From contig CM119265.1 in the NCBI GenBank assembly GCA_051294375.1, positions 12,826,124 to 12,890,123 on the forward strand: DNA of 64,000 nt. The letters are read 5' to 3'. The DNA comes from Paraspadella gotoi. Taxonomy: Eukaryota; Animalia; Chaetognatha. Shown here one piece after another: positions 1 through 15,189 of the stretch. Position numbers and translations under genes: made by a program. Below the pieces are notes generated by a model. The model saw only the letters and a list, made by a program, of their open reading frames with translations, ran no database searches and had not been told where the DNA came from. The first letter of the stretch is position 1, and each line of letters starts with the position of its first letter.

Positions 1-778
1 AATTAACTATATTGATTCCTAATTATAACAATTAAAAATTTAGCAAAAGTACAGAATCTTTCTCTTCTTTTTATTATTTATATTACTTCAAAGAGTTTTA
101 TTTTCATCCAATTAACAAATCATTTGAAAAGAAAGTTTAAATAAAATCAGTCGATACCTTAAATTTGATTCATTCCTAGTTTTTTTTCTTATAAATTTTT
201 GTGATAAAAGCTGAAAATCTTTTTAAAATTAGATCTTACCTTTTTTGGAAAAAAAAATTTTAAACTTGAAAAAAGATTTTTCTTCTTACCGATTTTAAAG
301 AAAATTAAGCTCGTGATTTTATCGAATTTTTTAACTACTTTCCCAAATGATTATAGAAGAAAAAATTATATGATCAGAACCAGCTTAAGTTAAAGGGTCA
401 AACGTTATTGTTTTCAGCTTTTTACCCCCTGTTTTCACTTGGTCCCCTTAAGTTCTCTTTAACTCCCGCGTAGTTTTTCCTTCCTTTAATTCTCTCGCAC
501 CTTATTTTTCTCCTTATGATGAAGGAGTCGCCCTTTTGGATTGTTCTCTGACTTCAGTTCACTTTTTTTTCTTTCTCCGCGTCATCTCGCCCTCCCCCTG
601 AGGACCTCCCCACTGGCCCTCCACCACTTCCCAATCCTTTAGTCAACATTTCCTCCTCTTTTTCTTTTTCTCATTTTTGCCGCCTCCCCCCTTTCTTCCT
701 CCCAAAATATTTTTTTTCCTCCAACCTCTCCAGCAACCACGCCTCGGCGACGGCGCCACAGGAGTTTTTTCTCTCTCT

Positions 779-840
<62 letters not shown>

Positions 841-1051
841 TATGGTTTTTTGTTTCTATCCGTCGACGCCAAGGAGGAAAAGTGGCGCTGACGGGGAAAA
901 ACAAGAGGGAGACGGGGAAAAAAAATATTGATCCTTTCGTCGTGATTACAGAGCCATTTATTATGATCAGGACAGGAACGTATATATGAGCGGGGGTATA
1001 GTTCGATCGAGACTCTCTCTCTCTCTTGTCTCTCTCTCTCTCTCTATCTTC

Positions 1052-1098
<47 letters not shown>

Positions 1099-1136
1099 TC
1101 TCTCTCTCTCCTCTCTCACAACACCGAAAAAAGCTC

Positions 1137-1202
<66 letters not shown>

Positions 1203-1238
1203 CTCTCGCCTCTCTCTCAACACCGAAAAAAAGTCTTC

Positions 1239-1317
<79 letters not shown>

Positions 1318-1849
1318 CTCACACACAACATTACGAAAAAAGCCTCCTCCCCTTCTCTCTCGTCCTCAATTTTTTACACATTTTCTATTTTCCTTTCATA
1401 AAAACGTCAGCTTCCCTCGAGTCCTCATCTTCATCTTTTGTTCCCGAGTAAATTGAGTATTTTTCCTTCGCATTTCGACAGGTGCTTCGCTGCGAGGGCG
1501 GTGCGGCTGCGAAGGGGGCGTGGCTAGGCGAGGGCGAGGACGAAGGCGTGGGCTAGGAGGTGCTTTCGCATCTGCTCTTTAGCAAAGTCATTTCGGATCT
1601 GCATCTCGCGGCATTCGGTCGTCCAAACGACGCTTTACTTTTAAAGCTTGACGACGACGACGACCAAAGCGACATCAATTTTTTCTCTAATCAAACTCGT
1701 ATTTTATGACCTGAAAATTTTACCGATGGAACAACTAACGACGTCAAAACCTCGATTCAATCCAAACCCTCGCTTTTGTTTTTATTCCATTTTTTAGTGT
1801 TTCCTTTTATTTCTTTCCTTTTAGGCGTGACCACGCATACGCAAACTCC

Positions 1850-1862
1850 GTTGCTAGGCAAC
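1850..1862. promoter_or_regulatory. RFX X-box motif
   Basis: GTTGCTAGGCAAC within palindrome CCGTTGC-TAG-GCAACGG; a GC-box-rich island (GGGGCGTGG) lies at ~1490-1560. Confidence 0.55.
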
Positions 1863-2742
1863 GGGATTGATGCTTATGTAAATGTCATTGAAACTCGGAT
1901 GCCGAGGGGAAAGAAGACTAAGCCGCTCCCGCGACTAAAAAAATAGCGAGAGGAAGGAAGAGAGAGAGAGATGAGAGAGAGGAGAGAGTAAGTAGAGATA
2001 AGAAGATAAGATGAGAGAGAGAGAGAGATAGAAAAGAAAGGGAAGAAAGAAAGAAAGAAAGAAAGAAAGAGACAGAGAAAGAAAGGAAACAAAAAGAAGA
2101 AAAGAAAAAAAAAGATATAAAAGCAAGAAAGACGAAAAGAGAGAGACAGAGAGATGTAAAAGAGGAAAAGGATCTTCAGCCTTACTCTTTTGCAAGACAA
2201 CAAGGTCTAGCCCTCCCCTGTTGAGGAGGTGGGAGGAAAAGGTGAGGATTCATCTTCCTTTTTTTTTTCTTTCTTTTTTCTTTTTCTTTCCTCCTTTTCT
2301 CCATTTTCTTTCAAGGGCTTCAACAATGTTTTTTAACTTTGCTTCACGAAGTCACGAAGGCCGAGAAATAACTATTTTTTTCTTGATTTCGATATTAAAT
2401 TTGGTTTTTCTATGATTGTATTCTCTTTTAATATTCATTTATTAATTTACTTATATAGTAGCTTTGGTATTAACTAGAAATTTTCAATGCGGATTTTTAA
2501 TTTTTAATATCAATACATGACAAAACAACTAGCCCCGAACGCCCAGTTTTATGCCACAAAAATCAACATTTCCCTCCAACCAAAGTAAACATCCTTCCAC
2601 GGGTGATTTCTTTCCATGATCAACGGGCTCCGTTCATTTTCGCCTCTTATCGCTTCCTCGCTCACATTTAGCAAAACGCGATGTCGAAGGTTTTTATCGT
2701 GATTGATTACGTTTTACTCGGACGGGTTTTTATCCCCGTCCG

Positions 2743-2810
2743 TCTGGGAGTCCGTACGTTGGGTCTGGGAATCCGTACGTGGGGTCTGGGAGTCCGTACG
2801 TGGGGTCTGG
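2743..2810. repeat. 21-bp minisatellite (GTCTGGGAGTCCGTACGTGGG) x~3
   Basis: Directly visible tandem units. Confidence 0.9.
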
Positions 2811-3544
2811 CTCGAGGTGATTAGGAATCAAGACGGAAAACCTTGATCTAATTCGCTCCGCTTGACTTTTTCCTCTCGTTTGGAATCGCGAGAGTCGAGG
2901 CGCGCGTGATTCGTGAGGAGGGGGAAGGTGAGTCTCACCGATGTGATTTTGCATGATTAATAACCGAAAGTTTCGAATTGGTTCGCGTCGGATGGAAAAA
3001 TAGAGTTATTGGTCTTCTTCTGTATTTTTTTTTTTTATACTCAAATTCTGTTTCACCTTTAATATTTCTCAAAACAATTTTTTTCTGTCGCTCCCAGTAT
3101 CTATTGCTCATCGGCTGACTCCTTTCCTTCATCCCTTCCCCTTTCCTCCTTTTCTCTCTTTTATTTCTCTCCCTTCCCCTTTAACTTTCACCCTTTTCCA
3201 CCTTCCCCTTCCACCCCATTATCAATCGATTCCCACTCTCCCCCTTCCTTCTCCCCCCTTCGTCTCCTTCCCCCCGCCAAGTTGACAAATCGCATATTTT
3301 ACGGCTGAGATGGATTCTCACATTCACGGCTGGAGTCCACTGATAATGATAATACGCTCCACTTTTTTTTTTACTCTATTTATTTTATCCATTTTTTCTT
3401 CTTTATTTCTTCGGTCTCTTTCTTTTCAACTTCTCCACCTCCCACCACGCCCACCCACCCACTTCCGCCACTATCCCCGACTTGTCTCCTCCATTTCTTT
3501 CGTCCTGTCGGATTCGTGGAACCGCGTTCACATTTTTCGGTTTC

Positions 3545-3705
3545 GGCGCGTGAGATACTGTAAAATAAAAAAAAAGTCGGCGCCATATTGTAAAAAAAGG
3601 GAAAGTCGGCGCGATACTGTTAAAAAGGAAAGTCGGCTCGATACTGTTAAAAAAGTAAAGTTATACTGTGAAAAAGGAAAGTCGGCGCGATACTGTAAAA
3701 AAAAG
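3545..3705. repeat. ~28-bp degenerate minisatellite (ATACTGTAAAAAAGGAAAGTCGGCGCG) x~6
   Basis: Repeated 'atactgt(a/t)aaaa...aagtcggcgcg' units. Confidence 0.85.
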
Positions 3706-3910
3706 AGAAAATTCGATTCTTCGGTATTTTTCTTTCTAAGAACCAAAAAAAAGAAAACAAAAAAAAGAAAAAACTTTTATGCAGAATATTTGGGTCTTGA
3801 AATCTGAAAGCGGGAGAAGGAAAGAAAAGAGAAAAAAGTAGAAAAGGATCAAACAAAACAAAACGAAAACATGAAGAAGAAAAGGATAAAGTAAAAAAGC
3901 GTTAGGAGAA

Positions 3911-3943
<33 letters not shown>

Positions 3944-4005
3944 GAGAGCAGAGAGAGAGAGAGAGAGAAGAGAAGAGAGAGAGAAAGGAAGAGAGAGGAG
4001 AGAGA

Positions 4006-4051
<46 letters not shown>

Positions 4052-4414
4052 TGAGAATGGCGGAAAGGGCAAAGATGGGGAGGGAATTCTTGAGAAATCT
4101 CGCCTCGCGGGTCAAAGGGTCGAGTAATTGATGTGGGGAACGACGCTGGTCCAAGCATCCAATTAAGGGGTGGAGGAAGAAGGAGGAAAGGAAAGAAGAA
4201 AAAAGAAAAGAAATATAAGGGAGAGAAGAAGAATGAGGAAAGGAAAGAAGAAAAAAGAAAAGAAATATAAGGGAGTGAAGGAGGAGCGAGCGAAAAAAGC
4301 GGAAACGAGAGAAATGTAAAATGGAGAGATGAAAAGGTCAGGCTACCGACCTGGCCAGGTGCAAAAAAAAAGAAAATTCGAGGCGGAAAGTTACCGCATT
4401 TAGAAAACGGAGAA

Positions 4415-4451
<37 letters not shown>

Positions 4452-4879
4452 TAGAGGGTAACGAGTCGGCTAAACCACGAATCCCTTCGGTCAGATTCGT
4501 CGGCCTTCGACCGACGGGCGCCATCTTCAGGACCACATCGGTTTGGCGCCAAATCCTGCGGCGCCAGATTCCGTTGGCGCGGCGCTGGCCTGGCCATTGA
4601 TTTGCCCTTTATTTTAAGGAGCGTGGTGATTATGCGTTTGTTAAAAAATACATTTTTTCATCTTAATTTGTAGTCGAGTCGAGTTTTACAGTCTCATTAC
4701 TTTCCCGCCAATTTCCAGAATTTCCCGGCCCCAAACATTGTAGGACCAATAAATTTTCAACCTATGGAATTGTTAACCAAAAGAGGAGTCGGCGCCTAGG
4801 GGGAAAAAATCCTCTCCAGACAAGCACCGATGAATTTTGGTAAACAACGGATTAAAATTTAATGAAAAAAAAAATTCAA

Positions 4880-4975
<96 letters not shown>

Positions 4976-6477
4976 CTTTTTGTTTCGAAATCTCTCGACC
5001 GTAGAATACGACAGCGAAAACGCGACGAAGTCGAAAAAGAAAGGAGAAAGACTATCAGCTTGTTGAAAAAAAAAAGAATCCTAAAAACTGATTTGCATAT
5101 TTCCGCGTCGAGGGAAAGACGTCGGAGTAAACGACATAAATTGGTTTCGCTTCTTGGTTCTATCTTACATCGAAAGCTCGGAAAATCTTCGTAGAATCCT
5201 GGTATAGGTAATATATACATTTTCAATTTAAACAGAACCAGATTTTTTTTAAAAAATTGTTCTTATCGGCTAACGAACACTTTCGCTTTATAGCAAATAT
5301 TTCCTATTAAAATAAAAGTGGACGAATCTATTATTCCCTCTTTCTCTCTAAAGTTACAAGAGCCCAAAGATTCCAATCGTATTTATGGTCGTTTCGCTAT
5401 CGTTTCGTCTCTGAGTCGAAATGACTCCCTCTCTGTTTCGTCACTGGCGACTAGCAGTCCTAATTAAGGCCAATCCTTACTATTCTTCTAAAACGAGACA
5501 GATAGAGATTGAGAGATTGTAACCATCGTAGTAGGGTTCTAAATCCCTTTTCACCAAAGCCAAGATTTTTTTTTCTTTCAGTATTTTGATTCCTATCGAA
5601 GGAAAGTAGGAAAGGAGAAGGTAGCAAAGAAGGGACAGAAAAGGGAGAGGCGAGAGGGGGAAGAAAGAGGGGAAGGGAGAAAAGAGACCCGGATGCCAAA
5701 GAGACCCGGATGCCAAAGGTTGATCAAAAGGAGAATTTTGGAAGATTGCAACCCCGCCGGAGATTCGAGGCGGAAGAGAGAGAGCTTAAAGGGAAAAAAA
5801 GAGGGAGAGTGAGTTAGTGACGGAGAGACAGAGAGAGAAAAAGAAAGACTGGCAAAGGGAGAGAATGTTTTTCAAATTGAATTAAGAATATTGCATCCCA
5901 CAGGATTCGCGCGGTTTCTCAATCGAAAAGATTTTCTTTTTCTTTGGATGATCGTAAATCTTCTTTCACGTTTTAGTTTCTAATCATTTTCGGTTGGTTC
6001 CATGAAATTATTTAACTTAGTATTGTATTGTAAATATAACTTTCCCTCTAAGAATCTCGATCTATAAACAATCGCAACAACAGTGTTGAGAGAATTTATC
6101 CCTGTTACTTTTTCCTCCGTCGCGAATCTCAACTCTCCCAACGCGAGGCAATCGGCGGCCAAGTCGACCCGAGCAACGACAACAACAACGACAAGACGAA
6201 CCACAACCGATTCCTCGTCACGTTTGAGAGACGAATCCTTCGCTCGACCCGAACTCTAGCGGAGCAGATGAAATAAAACGGGAAGATTTAGAGAAAAAAA
6301 AAAGGAACAAATTTTTTCCGATGTCGCGCAATAAATCTTCATTAGTAAGTATAAATCATAGTAGCTGGGATCCCTTAGGGCGGGGGCGTCGAGCTCACAA
6401 TAAATCTCACTCTCACTTCGTCTTTTTTTTTCTCTCTCTCTCCTGTCTCTGTCTCCTTCCTTTCTCCTTTTCTTTCC

Positions 6478-6561
<84 letters not shown>

Positions 6562-7917
6562 AACGCTCTGTTTCGTTCCTTCTTGTACCCGGGCTCATCG
6601 TTCGTTCCTCTACGCCGAGAACCCCGTTCTTTTTTTTCTTTCTTTTCTTTTTTTTTTACACTCAATTGTTCTTTATCTTCTAGGTGATGTTCTTTTGTTC
6701 TTTCTCTCGGACATTTTTCTTTTTATTTTCCCCTTTTCCTTTGTCATGGCTCGAGCCAGAAAGCTATGTCGAGAAACTGGAACAGAAGATTTTGAAAAGA
6801 AGAAAAAGCTTTTTTTTTTAAAGATTATAGAAGAAAATTTAAAAAAAACTATCGGGAGCCGACTTCTTTTTTTTTTTCTTCGCATTATTTATTCTTCGGA
6901 ATTTAAATTAAGGATTCCTATATACGCGTTTTTCTATTGAAAATATTAAATATGCAAAATCTATTCACCATCCTTGGTCGGGGGGCGTGAAATACAGACA
7001 AAAGAAAATCCCTGCTGAAAATTTGTCTAAAACTTGTTGCGGCTGAATTCAATATTAAGAAAATATGTTTTTCTTTTAAATTGAATTCATAACTCATTAG
7101 CGCCGTTGTTTATTATTCTATATATTATTTTTATTTCGACTTTTGTTAAATTATTTTATTTTTGAATTTTTATCCTTCAAAGTATACTCAAATTACTTAT
7201 CTTAACCATTTTGATTTTCTGTAATCTCTTTCCGTCCATCAATGTTACCCAACGCGAAATCTTGAGCCCATCACTGCTAATCCAAGTTGTTGATTGTTGT
7301 AAATCTTACGTCTTCATCTCAGTATATCTAAAATCTCGTTCTCTGCATATCTATCAGATACAGTTTCCACTCATCACTCAATTTTTTTTTCAAATTTCAA
7401 TCTTTCAGAAAACACCTCTTCCTATTATCCCATCTTCCTATCTTTCCATCCCTCCATCTCCATCTCACCATCTGCACCCAAAAAATAATAACCATCCTTT
7501 CCCCCCCCCCACTTTCCCCCCCCGATAAAAAAACCCGTTCTCGCGCAACTGCTAATCGCGTCGACGCCTTATTTATATCAAACCTAAAAATTCTTTCCAG
7601 TGAAAAGAAATCTTTTTTTCTATATCGATATATTTTTTTTCTCTCTCTCTCTCTCTTTCTCCTCGGGCTTTTATTTTCGAATTTTCCTCTTCCTCTTCCT
7701 CCTCCTACCCCCCCCCTTTACATCACGCCCCTATCCTCTCTTTTTTTTATTGCCGACCAGATTTCCTTTCAATGTCGGGGCCCAGAATAAAAAAAAACAC
7801 CTTTTTTGTCCTCCTCTCTTTTCACCGAAGTTCCGCTTATTTCTTCTTTTAAACTCACCCTCACTCACCCTGTTTGCCTTCAATCTTTATCCGATTGGCC
7901 GCCTTTATTTTCCTCCT

Positions 7918-9438
7918 ATTTTTCTCTCCTTTGCCACCTCCGTTTTTATTAGCTTTTGACTCGGCGAAGGAGGGCAGCAGTGTGACGCTCCATCCGTCAC
8001 GCTCTTTCTCTGCCCCTGTTTCCCTTTCCTTTCCTTCCATCGTTCCTTATAATATTCACTTATTTCTCTATTCGCGTCGCAACCATTTAACTTACTTTGA
8101 CGGGCTTCAGTTTTAACTCTCTCTCGTTCTCGACACTTACCCTCGACTCGTTCACCCCATTTTCTCTCCGTCCATCAACTTCTATCTTCACCTTTCACCC
8201 CGTCTAACGAGCCCTTTTCGCCTATGAATCTCATACCCTTTATTTTGGTCATAAAAGTCGGTTTGTCGGCGAGGAAAAGCTTCCCTAGCAACGCCCGCGC
8301 GAATAAAAAGCGCGCGTAGCAACGAAGGCGCTTAGGCTTTGCAGCGGGTCGCATGGCAACCCAACGCTTTTTTTTTATTTAGTCGTTAATTACGATTGTG
8401 TTGCCGGTTTTCTTTTTGTCCTCGTTAACTTGGCTGAAGTAACGAGGTTCCGTTTAGATTCCCTTCAGCTTTTTTTAAACTTTTTTTCGTGTTTAATAGA
8501 ATATTTACCTTTCCGCGAAAACAACTGAAAAAAAAATAGGACCGTTATCAAAACACATTTAAGCAAAAAAAGAAAATAAAGGCCCCCAACAGAAGACGTC
8601 TACACCTCGTTTTTCTTCTCCCCGCCCTCTTACTTTTTTCTTTTTTTTAACTTTTGTGGTTTCTCTCACAAACAAAGGAACAGCGATCAAGGAAGTCTTA
8701 AAAATAAATAAACGGAACCAAATTAAACTGAGACGAAGCGAGAAAGAAACGTCGGGGAAGAGATTAAGACGACGACGATGACGACGACGACGATGACGAC
8801 GACGACGTAGACGACGACGACGGGAATGGAGGGTGGGCGTGGCGGGTAAGATCGATCGATCACGTCGGAATTCGAGAAAGTGAAAAAGTCTTTCGAGTTT
8901 AATGATTGAAGGAAATACCCGACTGGTCTAATGTCTGAGAGATTTTTTTTTTGATGGAAGAAATAACTAAAATAACTGAAATGATTTGTGTCTCAAAATA
9001 AAATTGCAGCATAAAAGTTTGTTTTCTACGCTGATAGAAATTTATTAGAAGAGTCGAAAAGTCGATAATTTGAAAGAAAAGGTCAAATAGTAAATAAAAA
9101 GAACTAGTTTCTTACTCTGGGAACAAAATCTTTTGATTTTCAGACGAGACGAATTCCTAGGCCTAATTGCGACAGCGCGAACGTTGACAGTAGAGAAAAA
9201 CAGGAGGGAAACGAAAGCGATATAAAGCAAAAAATAGTGAATAAAGCAAAAGAGTCGATAAAGCAAAGACCTCCTCTCGGGTTAAGCGGTTCGGCTCCCA
9301 GCTGAGACTTTGCCGGTCGTCGCCCCCTTTTCAAATTTCAATATTCAAATCTCTCTCNNNNNNNNNNNNNNNNNNNNNNNNNTCTCTCTCTCACTCTCTC
9401 TCTCATCTCTCTCTCTCTCTTCTCCCTTCTCGTCCTCT

Positions 9439-9506
<68 letters not shown>

Positions 9507-9638
9507 CTCTCCTTCCTTTCTCTCTCTCTCTCTCTAAGTGAGCTTATGCACTTTTTTTGGGAAATGGGGCGAAAGTTGGCATACCGAGTGATTTCGGAGG
9601 GGTAAATACTGGGAGAGAAAGGAGGAAAGAGAGAGCAC

Positions 9639-9684
<46 letters not shown>

Positions 9685-11153
9685 AGACGTAGAGATAGGA
9701 GAGCAGAGAGAGAGAGAGAGAGGGAAGAGAGAGCCTTTGCTTCAATCCGGCTCCTAAGCCTTTTGCGCGGATCTCTCGAGGAGAAAGTGATTAGAATCCA
9801 AATCCTCCGGGAATTGAGAATTAGAAAGATGACTGACTTGACTGCCTTTGTTGTCGTTGTCGCGTCGCTAATGTATTCGTAGTACATGGTAGACAGTAGC
9901 TCTTTGCCGGGAATTGCGATTACAATTCACTATTACAATTTTCAATAACTAGTGACAATCTCATTCGATGGATCAAGTCATGCTCTATCACGTCATAACC
10001 GAAGCTCTCAAGCTCTAATTCTCTCTTCTCTCTCTCTCTCTCTCTCTCTCCTCTCCTCTCTCTCTCTCTCTCTCTCTCTTCTCCTCTCTCTCTCGGTCAA
10101 AGGTCATCGTGCGTGGATCATCTCACCCGCATAAATGTCGACTCTTTTCCATCGTTATCGCCGCCTCTTCGTCTTCGTCGTCGTCTGTCTTCGTCTCGTC
10201 TTTGTCGCCGCCATATTTTCCGCCGTCGCCAGGGATTTTCGTCCTCTTGTTGTTTTTCAATGACGTCGTCGTCGTCGTCGTGTCGTCGTCGTCGTCGTCA
10301 TCATTGTACCAAAACGACTTTCCCCATGCTTGCTCATTGATCTGCTTTGACTTCCTCGTCGTTGTCATCTTCTTTACTTCAAAGCGACTCTTTTTTTGAC
10401 GTTCGTTATCATCACTGTCTCTTTCAAGTGACAATCTTGAAAAATTAATTACCACTTGGACAATCTTTTTTTCACTATTTATTTGTGTACTTGAGTTCCA
10501 GGATATTTTGTAAGTATATTGTATGTTATATTACCCAATATTACCAAAGCTTCACATCGTCTCGGTCAGTCGTCGTCATCGTCGTCGTTTCAATCGCAGG
10601 AAAGTCGACGACGACGAAGAAAACCAACGCGAAGGAAATCCCTGGCTTTGCTTCCACCCTCCTGGGAAAGAAGGAGGAGGAGGAGGAGGAGTGAGGAAGG
10701 AAGAAGAAGAAGGAGGAGGATGGAAGAAGGTTGTTTAGGATGAATGTCGGAGTTAGTGTCCGTTTATGGTTAAGTATTGCTTGCCAGCTGTAATTCGCTC
10801 GAGTTGACAATCTAACTAAAATGAGACGCACTCAGCGTGAGATCTTGAGCTAGATAGACGGGTACATGAGGAGGTTAAGAGGGGGGAGGTAGAGAGGAGG
10901 TATGGTGAGGTGAGAAAGAGTGGAAATGCAGGAGGGACGAGAGCGATACCGGCTGGAACAGAGAAATGAATTCCGCGCTTTCATTGTCTCGAGAATCTCC
11001 TCTTCCTGTTCGTCTTCGATGGAGACTGTTGTGAGGAGAGAGAAGGGAGAGGAGAGAGGCATGAGAGAGGAGAGCAGAGAGGAGAGAGGAGAGAGAGAGG
11101 AGAGAGAGAGGAGAGGCGAGGACGGAGGAGAGAGAGATGAGAGAGAGAAGAGA

Positions 11154-11184
<31 letters not shown>

Positions 11185-12643
11185 CGAGAGAAAGAGAAGA
11201 GAAACGGCAAGAAGGAAAGTAAGAATTTTGCACTTTCCTCCATTCCTTCCGGAAGGTAAAAAAAAATATCAGCTTCTGAGATTTTTTTTTTTAGTTTAAT
11301 CTTCATAGTACATTTTTTCGCGGGGAACAAAAAAACGAAGATGAGGAGCCAGAATATTTTATGAAGGTTCCAGTTTTTTTCTTTTTTTTCTTTTCCTTTT
11401 TCTTTTTGAATTGTTTTTATCGAAACGAAATTAAAACGATGACATCGACGCAACGTAATTGGAAGGAAAGTGACGACGCGCACGACGACGACGACGACGA
11501 CGACGCGTTGATGACGGACGATGACGTAAATTGGGATCCAGGACGTTGACGCAAGATGATGGAAGAAAGCTCTATGATGAAAACGAGACGCGCCTACCGT
11601 CAAATATCGTGTCGTAAATTGTCTCCCGCTGTCGCATAACAACGGAGATACACTAGTATTGGCCAATATAAAGCCGAACGCACGACGATAGGATGACGAA
11701 CCGACGAAGATGCGACGAACGAGTAAGGATGACGACGACGTTAAGGATGACGACGACGATTAGAGTCGTTGACTGTTTTTTTTTACGATGGACTTTTCGA
11801 CCGTCGTTCTTTTCGCTGCGAGGACCCGATGTAGGAAAATTGAGAAGGGACCAAAAAGGGTAAGAAAATAGATGGAGAAGAGGTAAGGAGAAGAAAGGAA
11901 TGGATAAGAATAAAGGAATAAAAGTAAGGAAAAGAAAAGGAAGGCTAAAAGTTAAAGGAAACGGAGAGAATGAAAAGGGAAAAGAGAGTGAGGGTTTAAT
12001 AACAAGAGAAGAAAAGAAAAAAATTATGACTGGACTGGAAGTAGAAAGATAAAACAAAACGAAGAAATGTGAGAAAAATAGTGCAGTAAAAAAGAGAGAA
12101 ATGACGAATGGAAGAAGATGACGATGAAGACGACCAGAGGGCGACTACGACAGAGGGCGACGACGACGAGACGAACGACGACGACGACAGACGCGACGAC
12201 GACGACGAGACGAATCGGACTTTACGATCCCGACCGACGGTTCGCGTCGACTGGTTATCATCTGAAAAAAAAATTGCAGAAATAAAATTAGTGAACGGTT
12301 TTTTTTTTCTCCTTTAAATCGGTTTATATGTGGGAAATTAAGAGGGGAAAAATTTTTTTAAAACGATCTTTAAAAGTTAAAACAAATTGACGTTTGTTTT
12401 CAAGTCCTAGTTTTTATAAGAGCGGTACTATTTCCCCATTCTGTTCGTGTTTACCTCCTAGCCGAGAATCCAATTTTTAATCCCCTTCCAGAAATGGGCC
12501 GCCCCATCTTGTTTGGGTTTTTCTACCGTGGACAAGTTTGCGCGGATAGAGTGGCAGCTTTTGTTCGCCGAATGCCAGGACGTTGAAATCCTCAGGAGAA
12601 AAGTATTTCCAAACCAGCACTGCCCGTCACGAATCAGACTCCA
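7918..12643. repeat. Segmental duplicate copy A (probable assembly artefact)
   Basis: Collinear with 13577..18253. Contains a 25-N gap at 9358..9382, and the sequence right of the gap carries many single-base indels relative to copy B. Confidence 0.9.
8279..8360. promoter_or_regulatory. Cluster of X-box-like sites
   Basis: GCTTCCCTAGCAAC (8279-8292), half-site GTAGCAAC (8316-8323) and GTCGCATGGCAAC (8348-8360) in a CpG-rich patch. Confidence 0.5.
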
Positions 12644-12649
12644 ATGCCG

Positions 12650-12754
12650 CGCCGGGAATTGCGATTACAATTACTATTACAATTTTAATAACTAGTGACA
12701 ATCTCATTCGATGGATCAAGTCATGCTCATCACGTCATAACCGAAGCTCTCAAG

Positions 12755-12806
<52 letters not shown>

Positions 12807-13551
12807 CTCTCTCCGGTCAAAGGTCATCGTCGTCTGATCATCTCACCCGCTAAATGGTCGACTTCTTTTCCATCGTTATCGCCGCCTCTTCGTCTTCGTC
12901 GTCGTCTTCGTCTCGTCTTTGTCGCCGCCATATTTTCCGCCGTCGCCAGGGATTTTCGTCCTCTTGTTGTTTTCAATGACGTCGTCGTCGTCGTCGTCGT
13001 CGTCATCATTGTCCAAAACGACTTTTCCCCATCTTGCTCATTGATCTGCTTTGACTTCCTCGTCGTTGTCATCTTCTTTACTTCAAAGCGACTCTTTTTT
13101 GACGTTCGTTATCATCACTGTCTCCTTTCAACGTGACAATCTTGAAAATTAAATTACCACTTGGACGAAATCTTTTTTTCACATTTATTTTGTGTACTTG
13201 AGTTTCCAGGATTTTTGTCAGTATATTGTTGTTCATATTACTCAATATTACCCAAAGCTTCATCATCGTCATCGTCGTCGTCGTCATCGTCGTCGTTTCA
13301 ATCGCAGGAAAGTCGACGACGACGAAGAAACCAACGCGAAGGAAATCCCTGGCTTTGCTTCCACCCTCCTGGGGAAAGAAGGAGGAGGAGGAGGAGGAGG
13401 AGGAAGAAGAAGAAGAAGAAGGAGATGGAGGAAGAAGGTCGTGTCGTAGAGAAATGAATGCTCGGAGGTTGTTATCTTAGACGTCGAGTTGACAATCACA
13501 AATGAGACGACCAGGGAGATCGAGAGAGACGGGAAGAGGAGGAGGAGGGGG
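12650..13551. repeat. Third copy of a ~0.9 kb sub-segment of the duplication
   Basis: Begins gccgggaattgcgattacaatt, matching ~9906.. and ~15625..; ends at the second 25-N gap (13552..13576). Confidence 0.9.
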
Positions 13552-13576
13552 NNNNNNNNNNNNNNNNNNNNNNNNN

Positions 13577-15144
13577 ATTTTTTCTCTCCTTTCCACCTCC
13601 GTTTTTATTAGCTTTTGACTCGGCGAAGGAGGGCATCACGACTGTGACGCTCATCCGTCACGCTCTTTCTCTGCCCTGTTTCCCTTTTCCTTTCTTCCAT
13701 TCGTTCCGTTATAATAATCACTTACTTCTCTATTCGCTCGCAACATTTTAACTTACTTTGACGGGCTGTACAGTTTTAAAACTCTCTCCTCGTTCTCAAA
13801 CACTTACCCTCGACTCGTTCAACCCATTTTCTCTCCGTACCATCAACTTCTATCTTCACCTTTCACCCCGTCTAAAACGAGCCCTTTTCGCCTATTGAAT
13901 CTCATACCCTTATTTTGCGTCATAAAAGTCGGTTTTGTCGGCGAGGTAGGAAAAAGCTTCCCTAGCAACGCCCCGCGCGAATAAAAGCGCGCGTAGCAAC
14001 GAAGGCGCTTAGGCTTGGCAGCGGGGTCGCATGGCAACCCAACGCTTTTTTTTTATTTAGTCGTTATTACGATGTGTTGCCCGGTTTCTTTTTGTCCCTC
14101 GTTACGTTGTGCTGAAGTAACGAGGTTCCGTTTAAGATTCCCTTCAGCTTTTTTTTAAACCTTTTTCGTGTTGTTTAATAAGAATATTTCCTTCCGCGAA
14201 ATACAACTGAAAAAAAAAAATAGGACCGTTTATCAAAACACATTTAAGGCAAAAAAGAGAAAATAAAGGCCCCAACAGAAGACGGTTTCTACACCTCGTT
14301 TTTCTTTCTCCCGCCCGCTCACTTTTTCTTGTTTTTTTAACTTTTGTGAGTTTCTCGCATCAAACAAAGCGAACAGGATCAAGGAAGTCTTAAAAAATAA
14401 ATAAACGGAACCAAATTAAACTGAGACGCGTAGCGAGAAGAACGAAACGTGGGGAGAAAGATTAAGACGACGACGATTGACGACGACGACGATGACGACG
14501 ACGACGTAGACGACGACGACGGGAATTGGAGGTCGTCGGGGCGTGGCGGTTAAGATCGATCGATCACGTTCGGAATCTTCGAGAAAGTTGAAAAAAGTCT
14601 TTCGAGTTTAATGATTGAGGAAATACCGATCTGGTCTAATGTCTAGAGATTTTTTTTTTTTTTGATTGCGGGAAGAAATAACTTAAAATACTTAAATGAT
14701 TTGTTGTTCCTCAAAATAAAATTGCAGCATTAAAAGTTTGTTCTTTCTACGCTGATAGAAATTTATTAGAAGAGTCGAAAAGTCGATAATTTGAAAGAAA
14801 GGTCAAATATAAAATAAAAAGAACTAGTTTCTTACTTGGAACAAATTTTTATTTTCAGACGAGACGAATTCCTGCGCCTAATTGCGACAGAGCGAACGTT
14901 GACAGTAGAGGAAAAACAGGAGGACACGAAAGCGATATAAAAGCAAAAAATAGTGATAAACAAAAGTAGTCGATAAGCAAAGACCTTCCTCTCGGGGTTA
15001 AGCGGTTCGGCTCCAGCTGAGACTTTGCCGAGTCGTTCGCCCCCCTCCTTATTCAAAATTTCAATGATTTCAATCTCTCTCTCTCTCTTCTCACCTCTCT
15101 CTCATCTCTCTCTCTCTCTCTTCTCGTCTCTCTTTCTCTCTCTC

Positions 15145-15189
<45 letters not shown>

